Shown in pieces: positions 37,656 to 50,140 of a stretch of 64,000 nucleotides of DNA; position 1 is the first letter of the stretch; each line of letters opens with the position of its first letter. The stretch comes from Chrysemys picta bellii (lineage: Eukaryota), in the NCBI RefSeq assembly GCF_011386835.1, contig NC_088811.1, forward strand, positions 2,356,001 through 2,420,000, written 5' to 3'. The position numbers and the translations under genes are program-made. Below the pieces are notes generated by a model. The model saw nothing but the letters and a program-made list of their open reading frames with translations, had not been told where the DNA came from and ran no database searches.

Positions 37656-37850
37656 AGCAAATGCTGGAGGCAGAAGCTCCTCTTAAAACCTTGCTCCGAG
37701 CCATTTTGAGGAACACCCACTGATTGAGGAGAATTTTAGCTATTAGGGGAAAATGAAAATTAACCAGAGAAATAGAAACTTCTTTTAATGTTGCTGTCGG
37801 AAGGTTCAGGTAAAGAAGTGGGTTTTAAATTCTGCTTGACAGGCCCTGAG

Positions 37851-38080
37851 TAGGAAATCCATTAGAAAATTTTTTTCCAATGAAACATTTCAATGAAAAT
37901 TAAAATTTTCATTAACTTTTTTTTGTTTTTATCGAAAAAACTGTAAACACAAAACTAAAAAGTTTTCAATTTTTATTTTTTTTGATGAAAATCTATTTTT
38001 TCCACAAAAACATTCAGTTTTGTCAAAAAGCTATTTTCCATTGAAAAACTATTTTGACGAAAACTTTCCCACCAGCTCTG
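37851..38080. mobile_element. AT-rich hAT-type MITE related to 29961-30470
   Basis: Right end TTTCCCACCAGCTCTG. Flanks GCCCTGAG and CTCCTGAG match at 6 of 8 positions. Confidence 0.5.
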
Positions 38081-38339
38081 CTCCTGAGTTTCATGGCCAT
38101 CACGACCATTTCCAGGCATGAATTCTCAGCTGATGAACCAATTGTGAAGAAAACTCTGCTGTCTGGGCTCAGGGTAGGCAGAGGGTTCCTTCATCCTGTG
38201 GGAACACAGCTGTGGTAGGAAGCCACAGACACACAAGACAAATCAGTCCCTCGAGTAACTTGGACCAGTAAAAAAAAAAAAAAAAGGGGGGGGGGACTTT
38301 GAAGATGCTGACTAAAACCTAAAATATGACTCATTATTC

Positions 38340-38530
38340 ATAAGAACATAAAAATGGCCATACTAGGTCAGACCAATGGGCCATCTAGCCCAGAATCCTG
38401 TCTTCTGACAGTGGCCGGTGCCAGGTGCCCCAGAGGGAATGCACAGAACAGGGCAATTAAGTGATCCATCCCCTGTTGTCCAGTCCCAGCTTCTGGCAAA
38501 CAGAAGTTTAGGAACACCCAGAGCAGGGGG
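38340..38530 (-). mobile_element. CR1 LINE 3' end fragment, different subfamily
   Basis: CATAAGAACATAAAAATGGCCATACTAGGTCAGACCAATGGGCCATCTAGCCCAG is the reverse complement of a CR1 3' stem-loop plus a TTCTTATG-type tail. Confidence 0.75.
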
Positions 38531-41099
38531 TGTCACAAGGAGCCTGTGAGTCGAGTGGAGCATTGGAGTGATGGGGTCTCCCTGGCCAGTGCTGCAGAGC
38601 AGGGACCTGCTATGTTGTTCCAACTGTATTGTTTTAAGCTGCATGGTTTCAGTGCAGAGCCGCATCTGGAGGTGAAGAACACATGGATAGCCCTGGCTAC
38701 ACCCCCATCGGACAGAAAGGGATGCAGTCTTCTTGCCAGCTGTAGATGGTAAAGGGAGTTTCTCATGGTTGTGGCTGTTCAGGTTTCCAGAGGCAGTCAG
38801 GAATCTAGGCTTTAAAATAACCAGAATGAAAGTCCTGGTTTGTAGTGGGGGAAGGAGTTGGGAGGAAGCTATAAACGCATGGGAAGAAAGAGAAGCTGTT
38901 CCTCTCTGCTGGCCTATAGGGCAGGCTCACAAGTAGAAGTGATATGTGGTATCTGAGAAGCTGAAATCATTGCCCCCAGAATGTACCCTTTTCTTGCCTC
39001 ATTATCATCTTTGTCGGGGGAATGAGAGTTTTCATCTCTCATAACCTTCTCTGGGAAGCAGCTGCAGATGGGGCCCTTCTGACCTTTTAGTTTTCTGTAA
39101 TTTGATTGGCCAGCTAGCCAGCCCTGGTCTCCCCCTTTGACAGCCTCGTCAGTTACCGGAAGGTTAATTAATCCTTTTTCCTGAGTGGGAAACCAAAATG
39201 GGAAATGATGTAAAGCTGACCCTTCTCAGAGACAGTGTGCTGAGTACCACCATTACAATGCTACTTGCATTGGCATGACAGAGAGATGTGCACAGCCGGG
39301 CAGGGTAAGGGGGCACTGGAAAGAGCGGAAAGAAGAAAGAATTGTATCCAAGTAATAATGGAGGCTGTTCTCCCAGTGTCCTTGCTAAGCACTCAGTAAT
39401 GCTCATGGGAGTTACATTGGGCACACACAGAGGGATCAGTGGCCGGGTGTGTTAAATACAACTTGTCCTAGCATCCTCACCAAAATTCCTGCACATTAAG
39501 TGATGGAAGTTGTATCTAGCTTGATGAAGAGAGTACAATTCCCTACAGAATTAACATGGACCTTCTAATGTCCATGCAGAACAGCCAAGACATCATTTTT
39601 AGAAGGGTTCAACAAAAAGACCCCACAAGCCGGACATTATAAACATCAGTTCATCTAACTGGGAAGGAATTAAAACTGAGCTGCCCCCCCCCGGTATTTG
39701 AACCTGCAGTCCCAGGGACTCTAAGAGCAGTTGATACCCAAGTTCATTTACGTCAGAGGAGGTGGCTGATGGTCTATCATTCCTGAAAATATAAATTCAA
39801 GGAATAGATTAGTTCAGTTCCTTCTTTGTCCAATTATTTTCATCCTTCTCTGCTGGAAACAGTTCCCATGTTTTTTTCTTCTCTGTTTCTTTAAGGAGGT
39901 GTAAAATATTCCTTGTTGGAGAAAGTCCCTTTTCGATTATTAATTTTTATTTCTCATATGGCAAAGATCTTCCAGCATCTGAATTTGGAGGATTTTATTA
40001 TTTCCCCCCCGCACACCTCTGCGTATCTTCCTGAAAATGTACTAACAACTTGATAAAAATCTGTTTTAATGGGAACAATACCTGGAGGTATAACTGCCCT
40101 AACTTAATGGATTCTTTTAAGATAAAGGCTGTTAAATATCAGATTAAAAAAACCTTTATACAACAAGAGCAACTATATTAAGTGTACTAAATCAAAACCA
40201 GACCGAAGGTTCTATAAAGGAAACAATGTCTGTTAGGAAAGCTATTCTACTAGTTACTGAAAAGAAAAATGAGATTTGGTAAAAAGAACAAGAAAAACTC
40301 AGAACCAGACATTGTTGTGTTCCAAGAAACCCAAGATGGCTCATGTGAGAAGCATCTTTAAAACATGGCAGCACCATCTATTCAGAATAAGGTGATGGGT
40401 TCCATTCAGTTATTCTCCACAGCCTTTAAGATCTAACATGAAAAATTGAAATGATGGCCTCAGCACTGAAATCAGTGGGTTTGTGGTGGTCACTGTCCAG
40501 CAGCAGCAAACTTGGACTGAAGCAGAAAGACAAGCTGTGCCCAAGTCAGGGTGGGCATGAATCCAGAGACATGGGGCTTTTGTAGTGCATCGCAAAGTTT
40601 GGTCAAACCTCTTTTGTTACCCACATGCTGCTGTAAGACTCTGTGGCTGATGCATTCTTTTGTGTTGGCTGGACCTGGACCTAGACCTTTCCTCAACCCT
40701 CTGCTCTGAGATGGGATCTTAAGTGCTGATCAAATGAGGCAAAAGCCAGCACTCCATGGATGGGCATAAGGAAACAACCATCCCTCTTCTTCTCACTGAG
40801 GACAGCCCCAGGGAAACACCCAATCCTCTTTGTCTTACTCGCTGGGGATGGGCTGCGGGAGTGTGACATGATTCAACATGTGATGTAAATGTCCATCAGT
40901 TGAGCTCACAATGGCTGAGTTGGTGCCTGACTCAAGTGGCTTGTCCAGGCCTGTGACTGAGGTGACACTGATGTTGGGGTTACTGCTTGCATGAGTGAGA
41001 ATGAGACAACTCCATGTGATGTGCTCCACTTGGTTACTACAGTAGGATGCATCCCCTGGAGGCTTCTGGTGTCTCACTACCTCCTTTGGCATCAGGTAT

Positions 41100-41648
41100 T
41101 TGGGCGTGGCAAGGAGTGAAATATTTTATAGCCCCATATCCAGAGGATGCTTAGTATTGTTGACACTTTGGATGGAAAGATTTGAAGGCTTCCCTGGGAG
41201 CAAGACTCCCATGATGCTTTGCAGTTCAGATGAAGTTTACTTTAGAGAGTGGAATTACCCCAAGTAGTAATCCTTAGCAGATTTTTAAAAGTGCGAAGAA
41301 ATTTCCTACAATAATGTCCTAACGGCAAGATATGAAGTAAATTGCAATAGAACCGGGAACTTTGGCAATAGCCTGAGATCAGGAAATACGCGAGGACCAG
41401 AACAATACACAATAAGGGTGACAAGGGTCTAATTGCTCCTAAATCACAGGGGAAGCAAGACCACCTGTAGGCGGTATGCCGGCTGTAAGAGAATTACATG
41501 TGGAAGGTCTTCCAGAGCTATTGGCAACTGTATGACTCTGTGTGTGTGCTGTCTTTACTAACTCTTCATCAATAAATCCAATCAAAGCTGATTTACCTGA
41601 GGTTTGTTATTATTAAACTAATCTGGACTGGAGAGAACCCCTCTCACA
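41100..41648 (+). mobile_element. Possible degenerate LTR, 5' boundary undefined
   Basis: AATAAA near 41570, followed by a U5-like segment ending ...CCCCTCTCACA. No matching TSD found. Confidence 0.3.
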
Positions 41649-42093
41649 AAACATATACTCACAATTAATTGATAACCAATAACTGATAACAATCAATATT
41701 TGTCAATAATCAATTAACAATTACATTTGTATTGAATTATTACTACTATATACAGGCAATGTCGTCAAAGAGTTAAACCTGGCACAGTTTTGTTTATAGC
41801 AGTTCACACTGTTCTCCTGTCCCTGAGCTCGCGCTCGTTGATTGCTGTTTCTACCCCGATCTGACATGTAGCTGAACTAATCCACCCCTTCCTTGCATGC
41901 AGCACAGAATCCCACAGAAGATTGGAGTGATGATATTATCAATATGATACGGGTAATTAATCTGTCTTCTGCTTCAGTGCCTTGGCAAGGATTTGGGCTG
42001 TGGTTTCTTTGCTTATGAAAACATACCAAGGTGGCTACTCTTATGTGCTAGGCTATCACAAGATAACACACAAAGCATCCTATTTCTGTTGCT

Positions 42094-42121
42094 TTCATTC
42101 ATTCATTCATTCATTCATTCA
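42094..42121. repeat. (TTCA)7 microsatellite
   Basis: Directly visible. Confidence 0.95.
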
Positions 42122-45100
42122 CTTGGTTCTAATGCTGGTGGAAGCTCTGGGCTTGGAGTGCTGAAGGCTGACGTCTGCTGTTAAGAGCAGAATGGTACAG
42201 TAGAGGCAATTCAAAACCCCTCCCTCCATCAGCGCGACCGAGACCTGACCAAAGGGGTAAAGAGGAATTCATTTTCCATTAGTCTTTGGCCCCTCTGTTG
42301 AGTCTGCCAGCTGTGTGACCAAATAACTAACAAGTATAAGAAGAAATGGGCTAAGATTCAGAGTACTTCTTTCACCCAGGCCAGCAAACAGCCATTAGTG
42401 GGGAACTATTTTCAGTCTCTAGTTACTTAAAGCCACACTGAAACCAGTGAGCTGTATATCCCATTACCAATCTTTTGAGACATCCATTAGGATTATCCCA
42501 GTGTTATTTGTTTGGGTTCAACTAATAACATGGCTACTGCCGTACTCTACTAAATACCTGGAAATCCAGATAAAATACTAACCTGACTGGTTTGCCTGCA
42601 GCACGTGTGGGAGTAATAAATTGCTAATTTCCTTCTTCCATTCGTCTTCCCCTCTTTGGCAATGTTGCAAATTCTCCCAGTTAAAGTGAAACTGGGGAGC
42701 TATTGTTACCACAGAAGTAGATGAACAGACCGTAAATATGTGTCAAAATGTGCCATGCCAAATCTAGGTTATTTCCCTGCAAAGATAATTTCTCATCCTG
42801 GATTTAAAGTCAAACACAGCTTCAAAGTATAAATTGTTCAAAGAATTTTTATGGTCTTTGATTTGATTCCGCACAGCCATCAGATTAAAGATTTGTACCT
42901 TTGTACCACAAATAAGGGTTTGCATGCAAATAGAGTCCAGCCGACAACAGTCTTGCTTTGGCAGATTAAAGCCACCCCTCTGAACAGAAGGATCCCTGCT
43001 CGTAACTCAAGGGGCTTCCACTTTCCCTTTGTTTTCAGCCCTTGAGAGCTGGCTGGCCTGCAGAATGCAGGTGATGGAACATTTTGTCCCTCTTCTCACT
43101 TAGCTGCCGAAGTGGGAGAAAGCCTCCATCTGATTTCATCTAATCTAACCCAGTCCACCCATGACATCTGAAACATGCCCTGCTCCTTCTACCCTGGGAA
43201 AAGGGGGAGAGTGGCTTTCCAGCCTAGCCATCATAAAGTACATCTCCTGCAAGGTCACCAGATGCCCTCCCTTTCAGCCTTCACTGCTGAGCCCTGGGTA
43301 GCTCTTTTCAGTGCTGCTTCTCTGTAGGAGTGAAAGCCTCAGCCAGATCCACCAGGGAATGATGAGAGAGTGAACTAGCTATGCAGAAAAAAAGCTTAAT
43401 TTTTGCCAGGCTGAAATTCCGGGAGAGACATTTCCAGGCAAGGTGCACAGTATTGGGGAGGGAATGTCTGGGATTAGGGCTGCAATATTCTAGTCCTCTC
43501 GCCCCATTTCACCGTCTTACAGATGAAACCCACAGGGATCTGTAGACATGTCATGGGCATCTATAGAAATTAGCCTAAAATCCTGTAGAGATGAATAGAG
43601 AATGGATAAAGAACAGTTCTTTATTGTCTAACTGATTCCACAGGACTTCTCAGCACACTGCCTTTCAGGTGTCCCAGTCCTGGGTAATACGATACTAACC
43701 CATATGGCATTACAAGATGGAGCCTCCTCTCTTCAATCAGCACATAAGACATAGTACTCACTGTACCTGTTTGCACAGACTATCCATTTCCTTGTGATAA
43801 GAAAAGTCTGTAGAGGCTTGACCCTGCCCTGTTTCTTATAAAATATTCACTGCTACAGAACCAGAGGTGCTGTCTTAATAAAAATGCCCAGCTGTGTAAC
43901 GAAACTCATCCATCTAAAAGGCGGCAGGTGGAAAATATTTCACTAACGCCCCCTTTGAGAAAGCTGCGGCTGGGGATCATTAATGAAGTGTGTGCTCAGA
44001 GGAGAGACTAGACTGGAATAGCCGTGTATCAGGGAGAGAGAGCCCCATTGTGAGGCAGCCACGGATTTGCTGAATAAGGGTGATTGACAAGGTTATTTTT
44101 ACTCATCAGAAAAAAATGAAAAATGAGTTACAATAGCTCGAAACAACCTTCCCTTTTCTTTGCAGAGTTAGGCAAGGCTGAGCTTCTGCAGCTCATCCGG
44201 AATATAACCTCTAAATATCTTATCAGAGCTCAGCTCTTCACAAAGTGGAAAGAGGGAAATGCCAAGGGCTTCTTGAATAAGAACTGGTCCAACAGATTTT
44301 GGTTGTCAGATAAGACACTGTCTTGGTTACTGAACTAGCCTGTCAGCAGCAGAGATACAGGGACCCTATTCTTCATCCGAAGGAAAAGCCATGGTAGTCT
44401 CCCTGATTTTGGCTGTCAAGTGGTTAGATCCAAATTGCTTCTCATGCCTCATTGCCTAGGAACCTATGGATGTTGCAGTTTTACAGACACCCCCCTCAAG
44501 TTTATTGCTTGCAGCCTGAGATCTGCAAATGTGAAGACAGGATGAAGTCCTGCTTGGATATCTGAGCAAAAAAATAACCTCACTGTTTTGCAGCTGGCCT
44601 GGAGTTCTAGAGGCATCAATGAATCTGTGAAAAACTGGCATGTGCTACTTTAATGTGTTATCCACTGAGGTGGACTAGCTCACTTGTTCCTCTATAACTT
44701 GTTTTACATGAGCATGGGTACAGTGATGATTGGACAACATTAACACATTGCACCTTTCTAGAATTGAATTAAAGCAGTTACCAATAATTAGGCATGACTG
44801 ATCAGGCAAGGAATTTTTGATCACCCAGCAGATTAAGACTCCAAATATTGTTACATTCTTTCAGTCCCAACATACTCAAGATCATATCTAGACATCTGTG
44901 CATGGTTGAGACTCAATATACTGTGGTCTCATTTTTAGTTTTATGTTACAGTGGTGTTGCCTCATTTTGTATATTTTAAGCTGGGAGTGTGTAGGTGTAA
45001 TGGTTTGTAATCATTTATTGCAAGAATGTTTGGAGAAATGGAAAGATTCTTGGTTTTGTTTCTATATCAGATTTTGGTATTTAATCATTTGATATTAGTA

Positions 45101-47115
45101 CCTACTTTTCTTTTCAAATGGGATGTTTAGCCTTTTTATCTCTTTGGTTTCTTTTCATATACTTCTCTTTGGGGATTGAACAACTTGTAAATACAAACTC
45201 GTTTTTACAAATATTTATTCAGAGCTATACAAAGAGAAGGTCACTATCATCTAAAACATCCTGAAGTACATTAAATAATGTGTATAAAATAGATACATTC
45301 ACTAATGTACATCAATAATAATACATTCAATAGTGTACATACATTACTTGACACTGCATAAGAGATGCTTTGTGCAAATTCACCAATTGATTTATTGTAC
45401 AGAAGTGGTAGCACAATTTGTGCACATGAATGGTAGTTGACGTATTCACGTTATTTCAAAATATCATTAAGCTTTTTAAATAAAATGAACAACAGGAACA
45501 TATTGAATTAAATGCACCTCTGGCAAATTTATGTGCATTCTTGAAGCAGCTCTTCACTGGATGGTGACAAAATATTTAATAATAAACAAAAACAAGTAAT
45601 TGTGCCTGTCAGTGGAGACTTGCTGAGGAAAGGCTGAATATTTATCATTCATGTCTGATTTTCCTCATCAAGGGCCAGCCTGCCAGGAAGAGGAGCGGAG
45701 GAGATCCTGAAAGCTAGATTAATACTATTGAACAATTTATACATCTGATGCCAAACACACACACTTTTTTGAAATCTAAGAGAACATGCTTCAGGTCAAA
45801 TGCAAAATACAAGGTAGTTTCCAGCTTAACATTGTCAGGATGAAGTGACTAGCACAGAGAATACACAAGACTGAAATCTATTTTTCATGTGGCTTCAAAG
45901 GCCTATTTGGTCAGATGTGTCAGCCAAATTTTCAGTTCATTATTCCCAGTGTTGCTGCAAAAAAGGCTCCAGAGATCATTTAGATAAAAGGGTCCATTTG
46001 TACTAGCAAACTAGCCACATTTCTTTTCAATAAACTTCTCAGTGGGGTGGTACCATCTGCTGAACATGCCTTGGCTTGGCTAAAATGGACATATAAACAT
46101 ATTTTACATATATCTGAACATATAGCAACATGTGTTAATATATACTGTAAAAAAAATTCCAAAAGAAAGCACTCCACTGCACACACCTCTCCCCCCGGGC
46201 AGAGGATGAGAGAACAAACTACATGTGACAGAGATGTAGTCACATTGCTTAACGCACTAATGGAAGATGCTCAGATACTATAGTGATGAATGTGGTAGAA
46301 GATATGATATAGACTGGAATATGCATTGTTGTTTCGTACGGCTTTGTAGAATATGATTAGTCCACCTTAAAAGTTACCTTAAATATCATTTCATGTTAGC
46401 AGTGATCTTCAATCTGTGGAATAATAACAAAGCTGGAGTTTGTTGCTGACCTGTCTCTGGTGTGTTCCTTTATTTATCAGAGCATCCAATGGGTCAATGA
46501 ATTTAGCTGGCAGGATTTCAGAGCCAAAGGTTTTCAGTCTGATTCCACATGGCGTTGTTAAATTCACGTTAAGAAAATAACTGCATAGCTTGCTTTATAA
46601 TGTCTGCACTATGTCCGGAAGAGATTTCTAGGAACGGCAATCAGCAAGTACAGTGAGTGGGTCACAGGAGCATTTGATAAGCTCTCCCTTGACTTTGTTT
46701 CATCTCTTTCTCTCTCACACACTGAAGTGAGAATCTTTCTGGTGGAAGGGAAAAAGGAACAATGATCAGAAGCAAAACTGAGTAACTGATGGACGTGCAC
46801 ACAGAGAAAAAATGGACGTCCTTCTCAAAGATATGCTATAGCTCAAACAGGAGTTATGGGCTTGATGCAGAACTTATTGGGTGAGGTTAAGACCTGTGGT
46901 ATGCAGGTCAGATCAGAAGATCAAAATGATTCCTTCTGGCTTTGCAGAGATGCACACGTAGTATTTTCTTATACGCCACGGAATTGTGGTGAGTGGCCAC
47001 TTGCTTTTTTTCTGCAAAGTGGTGGGAACGGAAGGAGCCCAGCTACCGAAGTCTTTACGTGGCCCTGCAACCGGGGCATCTGAGTGCCTTACAATTTTAA
47101 TGTATTTATTTGTCA

Positions 47116-47192
47116 TCATAACACTCCTGCCAGGTAGATTAGTGCGATGGTCTCCATTCTACAGCGGGAGACCTGAGGCACAGAGAGATTAA
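47116..47192 (-). mobile_element. MIR core half ending at TTAA
   Basis: CTCCATTCTACAGCGGGAGACCTGAGGCACAGAGAGATTAA. Confidence 0.65.
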
Positions 47193-47353
47193 GGCTATGT
47201 CTACACTCGGAGTCTCGGTAGGTTTGTACTTGGAGAAGCTAGCCCATGCTACAGCTCGCCACTGCCAGTGCTACCCCAGCTATTCTTAGCACAAGTGTGA
47301 GTGTGTGTACATCTGCTGGGAATCACACCCCTAGCTCCAGTGGGTGCATATTC
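47193..47353. mobile_element. PIF/Harbinger-like MITE inserted at the MIR TTAA site
   Basis: Starts GGCTATGTCTACACT directly after TTAA. The right end is degenerate (CAGTGGGTGCATATTC). Confidence 0.55.
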
Positions 47354-47921
47354 AGGACAGCTAGCCTGTGCCACCCCAGCTACACTGCTATTTTTAGTGC
47401 CTCCATGGAGGGACAGAGTGCTCTCCCCATCCCAGATCACAAAGCCACTACCCCCTTCTCCTAACAAATCCTGCACACCCCTGTCCTTTCGCAAGGCCCA
47501 CACAAATGTGCCCACTGTGGGGTGCTGGTCCCTGACTGGGACTTCTGGGCACTACCACAGCACAAATGACAAATAATCATAATTATCATCAGTTACTACA
47601 GTAAGGATAGAGAAAAACCCAACAAAGTCACCCCATCAGCGGATTGCCCAGCCTCCCGTCTTCTGTGCATTTAATGCTTTAGATTGTAGCTCTTTGTACC
47701 CTGTGAAATAAACACTGTCCCAGCTCCACAGTGCACAGCACCTTGTCTGCACAAACCATGTAAACAAACACATAATAATACTACTTAGGGAACTATTGTT
47801 ATTAGGCCTGATGAGGGGGCCAAGAGCCTCCTGCTTGTGCTGGTGGGGATGAAGAGGCCAGAGTCTCAGCTAGAATCAATCTACATTGACTTAAATGAAA
47901 CAACCCTAATTTACACAAGCT

Positions 47922-48408
47922 CAGAGGTGAAAGTGGCCGCTGGTACGGGCTGGTACACAGCCGACATTAAAGCGCTGGGCCACTCAGGAGGTGGGGGGGA
48001 AGGGGGCAAAAGGGCAGCTGCCCTGGGACCCGGTGATTTAAAAGGGCCCGGGGCTCCCAGCAGTGGCCGGAGCCCTGAGCCCTTTAAATTGCTGCCAGAG
48101 CCCTGGGGCTCTCGGCTGCCACTGCCGCTACTGCGGGGCTCCAGTGGTGATTTAAAGGGCCCAGGGCTCCCGGCCACTGCTACTGCAGCAGCGACCAGAG
48201 CCTGGGGCACTTTAAATCACCACCGGAGCCCTGGGCGGCGTGGGCTGGGCAGCGCTGAAGGGCTCGCTGGGGGAGTCTGGCCCCAGCCCCTCCCCCTTCT
48301 GCCTGAAGCCCCACCACTTACAGGGGCCCAGAGCCACCCCCCCGCACCTTGCCCAGGACCCCAGCCGCCCTGGGTATCGGTAAGAGCTTTAAGTTTCTTT
48401 CACCCCTA
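47922..48408. mobile_element. GC-rich hAT-type non-autonomous element (487 bp)
   Basis: TIR CAGAGGTGAAAG and CTTTCACCCCTA. TSD CACAAGCT and CACAAGTT (7 of 8). Internal repeated TTTAAA-GGGCCC-GGGGCTCC modules. Confidence 0.85.
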
Positions 48409-49810
48409 CACAAGTTGAGGGTATGGCTCAGTGATAGCATGTCCACAGGAAGTGAAATCCGCTGGTATTTTCAAGAGCCTTTCCTCAAGAGGGAGCGCTC
48501 GGTTTGCGGGCCTGTCTAGAATCTGATGAAGCCAGACAGCTAAAACCACAACATGCACTCAAAAGACTTATTGCACTGCTTCCAGAAGACCTAGATTTCA
48601 TAAGCCTTGTTGATCTTTTTTAGAAAGTTCCAAGGGAAAGCCTTTTCCTGCATGACGATTGCTCAGCATTTCTATCCCTCGCGTTGTACCAGGCATAGGT
48701 ACCAATTTCAAGGAGAGGAAGGGATGGTTTTGTGGTTATGGCACAGGGAGTGAGACTTGCATCTGGGCTCCTTTCCCCACTCTGCACCAGGCTCCTGCAC
48801 GTCCTTGTGCAAACTGCTTCCTCTCTCTGCGCCTGTCCAATGAGGATATTACTGCTTCTTCTGTCTGCCTTTCAACTTACTTTGTAAGCACTCTAGTGCA
48901 GGGATTTTGCGTCTCTTGCTATGTGCCTCTAGAGCACTGAGCATAATGCAATTCTGTCTCAGTTGGGGCTTGTAGGTACTTCTGGAATATAAATAATAAT
49001 AGTGGCATGAGATCTCTGGAGCCCACACTTGTTTTAAAGAGTTACACATGAGCATGAGGTCTAGAGGGAGAGTGAGGAAAGTGGTGGATTACTCGATCAG
49101 GACTGGAGAATGGGGAAAGGCTACAAGATGTAGCACAGTTGATTTGTGGTGTCTTATGTTCTCTCTTCATTATGTTTTATTATGAGAGGGCGGTATCTGG
49201 CTGCTGGCCAACATTCATGCAGAGGATAATCGAGCTAATGGGCGGGCTGTAAATCTTTGAAGACAAATGGAAGGCCAGTTGGTGGTGTATTTTGATAGCT
49301 CTCACAAAGCGGGCAAGAGGAGATTGTGTGAGAGCCAGAGTCCCAGATACACTTCTTCAGCCACAGAAAACACTCTCCAATTCACTGATGCCTAACTTAG
49401 AGAGAGATAAAGAGCTCAAGCCCATTTCAGGTTAACATCACCGCTTGACATTTATATAGAACAATTATCTCTTCAAAAGTGTTACTTCTAAAGTAAAGTC
49501 TCCCTACTAAACCAAAGCATAGCTGCCTTCTGCTGACACTGAGCGGTGAATGCATGGAACAAAGCTTCCTCACCCTACACTAGAACTCTGATGCTATTCC
49601 GAGTGTAGCTGTGATGGTTTTGATTGGTTCTTTTCGGGACAGCCACAAAGGCCCAATACTTATCAAAGGTATGGCAGAGCCAGAATCACAACCGAGGTCA
49701 CTGCTCTGGTTTAGTTCTGAACACTCAGAATGAAACGCAGTGTTTGCCTCACTGATCTTGCTGCTCTGTTCAGCCCACTGAAAACCAGTTGCTTTTTAAA
49801 TATAAAAATA

Positions 49811-49976
49811 CACTTCTACCCTAATATAACGTGACCCGATATAACACAAATTCTGATATAAGGCGATAAAGCAGCGCTCCGGAGGGGCGGGGCTGCGCAC
49901 TCCGGAGGATCAAAGCAAGTTCGATATAACGCGATTTTTTGGCTCCCGAGGTCAGCGTTATATCGAGGTAGAGGTG
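49811..49976. mobile_element. Tc1/mariner (Tigger-like) MITE
   Basis: TIR CACTTCTACCCTAATATAAC and GTTATATCGAGGTAGAGGTG, TA on both sides (49809-49810 and 49977-49978), and internal repeats of GATATAAC. Confidence 0.85.
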
Positions 49977-50052
49977 TATAAGGTTAAGTATAAGCTACAT
50001 ACGAACATATTAAGTGCCAGCTATTCATCTTGAATGAGTTATCAAAGAATTA

Positions 50053-50140
50053 TTATTTATTGAGTGTATTGTGGTAGCAACTAGGAGCCCATTGTGCTAG
50101 GTATGGTACAAACAAAGACCAGATCCTGCCCCAAAGAGGA
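50053..50140 (-). mobile_element. L2/MIR-type 3' tail fragment
   Basis: TTATTTATTGAGTGTATTGTGGTAGCAACTAGGAGCCCATTGTGCTAGG...CCTGCCCCAAAGAG. Confidence 0.5.

Noticed and set aside
40344-41648. 1.3-kb LTR defined by TGTGAGA...TCTCACA inverted ends
   Set aside because: The flanks (GCTCA and AAACA) are not a TSD, so only the 3' LTR-like part is kept at low confidence.
47837-48418. 193-aa ORF and the antisense 99-aa ORF
   Set aside because: They coincide with the GC-rich repetitive interior of the hAT element at 47922-48408, and the translation is low complexity.
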